Positions 63,660 to 64,000 of a stretch of DNA of 64,000 nucleotides are shown here, piece after piece. The notes under the pieces were generated by a model. It ran no database searches. It was not told where the DNA came from and saw only the letters and a list, made by a program, of their open reading frames with translations. The DNA lies in assembly GCA_000708835.1 (NCBI GenBank), contig DF237137.1, positions 20,486-84,485 on the forward strand, in the 5' to 3' direction. Made by a program: the position numbers and the translations under genes. The first letter of the stretch is position 1, and each line of letters starts with the position of its first letter. The DNA is from Klebsormidium nitens. Taxonomy: Eukaryota; Plantae; Klebsormidiophyceae.

Positions 63660-63990
63660 CAAGGCAAGGCCAAGCTCTCAGAATGATTCACAGGTTGCTG
63701 TTGGAGATTGGGGGTTAGGGAATGTGGCTCATTCTTTGAAGTGCTTGAGGAAGTCATGCCAAGCTCTTCCAAGGAGTCAGGGTTGATGTTGGAGATTAGG
63801 GGTTGAGGAATGTGGCATTTATGGAAGACCTTCTACTTGAGGAAGTCAGGCCAAGCTCTCAGAAGGATTCATGGTTGCTGTTGGAGATTGGGGGTCAAGG
63901 AATGTGGCTCTTTTCCGGAAGTGCTTCTACTTGAGGAGTCAGACCAAGCTCTTCCAAGGAATCAGGGTTGATGTTGGAGATTGTGTGGCT
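63660..63990. repeat. ~90-bp tandem repeat in alternating A/B variants (~180-bp higher-order unit), truncated by the window end
   Basis: CCAAGCTC anchors at ~63669, 63758, 63850, 63943; A: ccaagctctcagaa.gattca..ggttgctgttggagattggggg; B: ccaagctcttccaagga.tcagggttgatgttggagatt. Confidence 0.85.
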
Positions 63991-64000
63991 GTTTTTTGAG

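Overview
Eukaryotic nuclear DNA from a photosynthetic green-lineage organism. Plant-type plastid-targeted genes with many GT-AG introns suggest a streptophyte alga such as Klebsormidium (inference only). The window has two compartments. (1) 1-40 kb is host gene space with eight spliced genes: HMCES/SRAP (partial), plastid phosphoserine phosphatase, a membrane-anchored FkbM methyltransferase, plastid ribosomal protein L3, a CAF1/2-like CRM splicing factor, a UBC4/5-type E2, a DUF4149-like membrane protein and plant-type DapB. It also holds several MITE-like elements with clear TSDs. (2) 40-64 kb is a gap-ridden accessory island: three MYND-finger ORFs, a spliced RPA70-like gene, an AntA/MSV199-like + T5orf172 gene flanked by 72-bp direct repeats, a free-standing GIY-YIG/NUMOD endonuclease, and three putative thiol enzymes (LRAT/NC, YunG/transglutaminase-like, possible clan-CE protease). 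This content resembles giant-virus or transposon cargo, but no viral hallmark gene lies in the window. The most unusual signal is in the host genes: at six exon-intron junctions in three genes, the intron contains ~130-150-bp tandem 'echo' copies of the splice junction itself (splice site plus the adjoining exon end). In the two longest arrays the copies decay with distance from the functional junction. Exon coordinates were read by hand from splice motifs and checked for phase.
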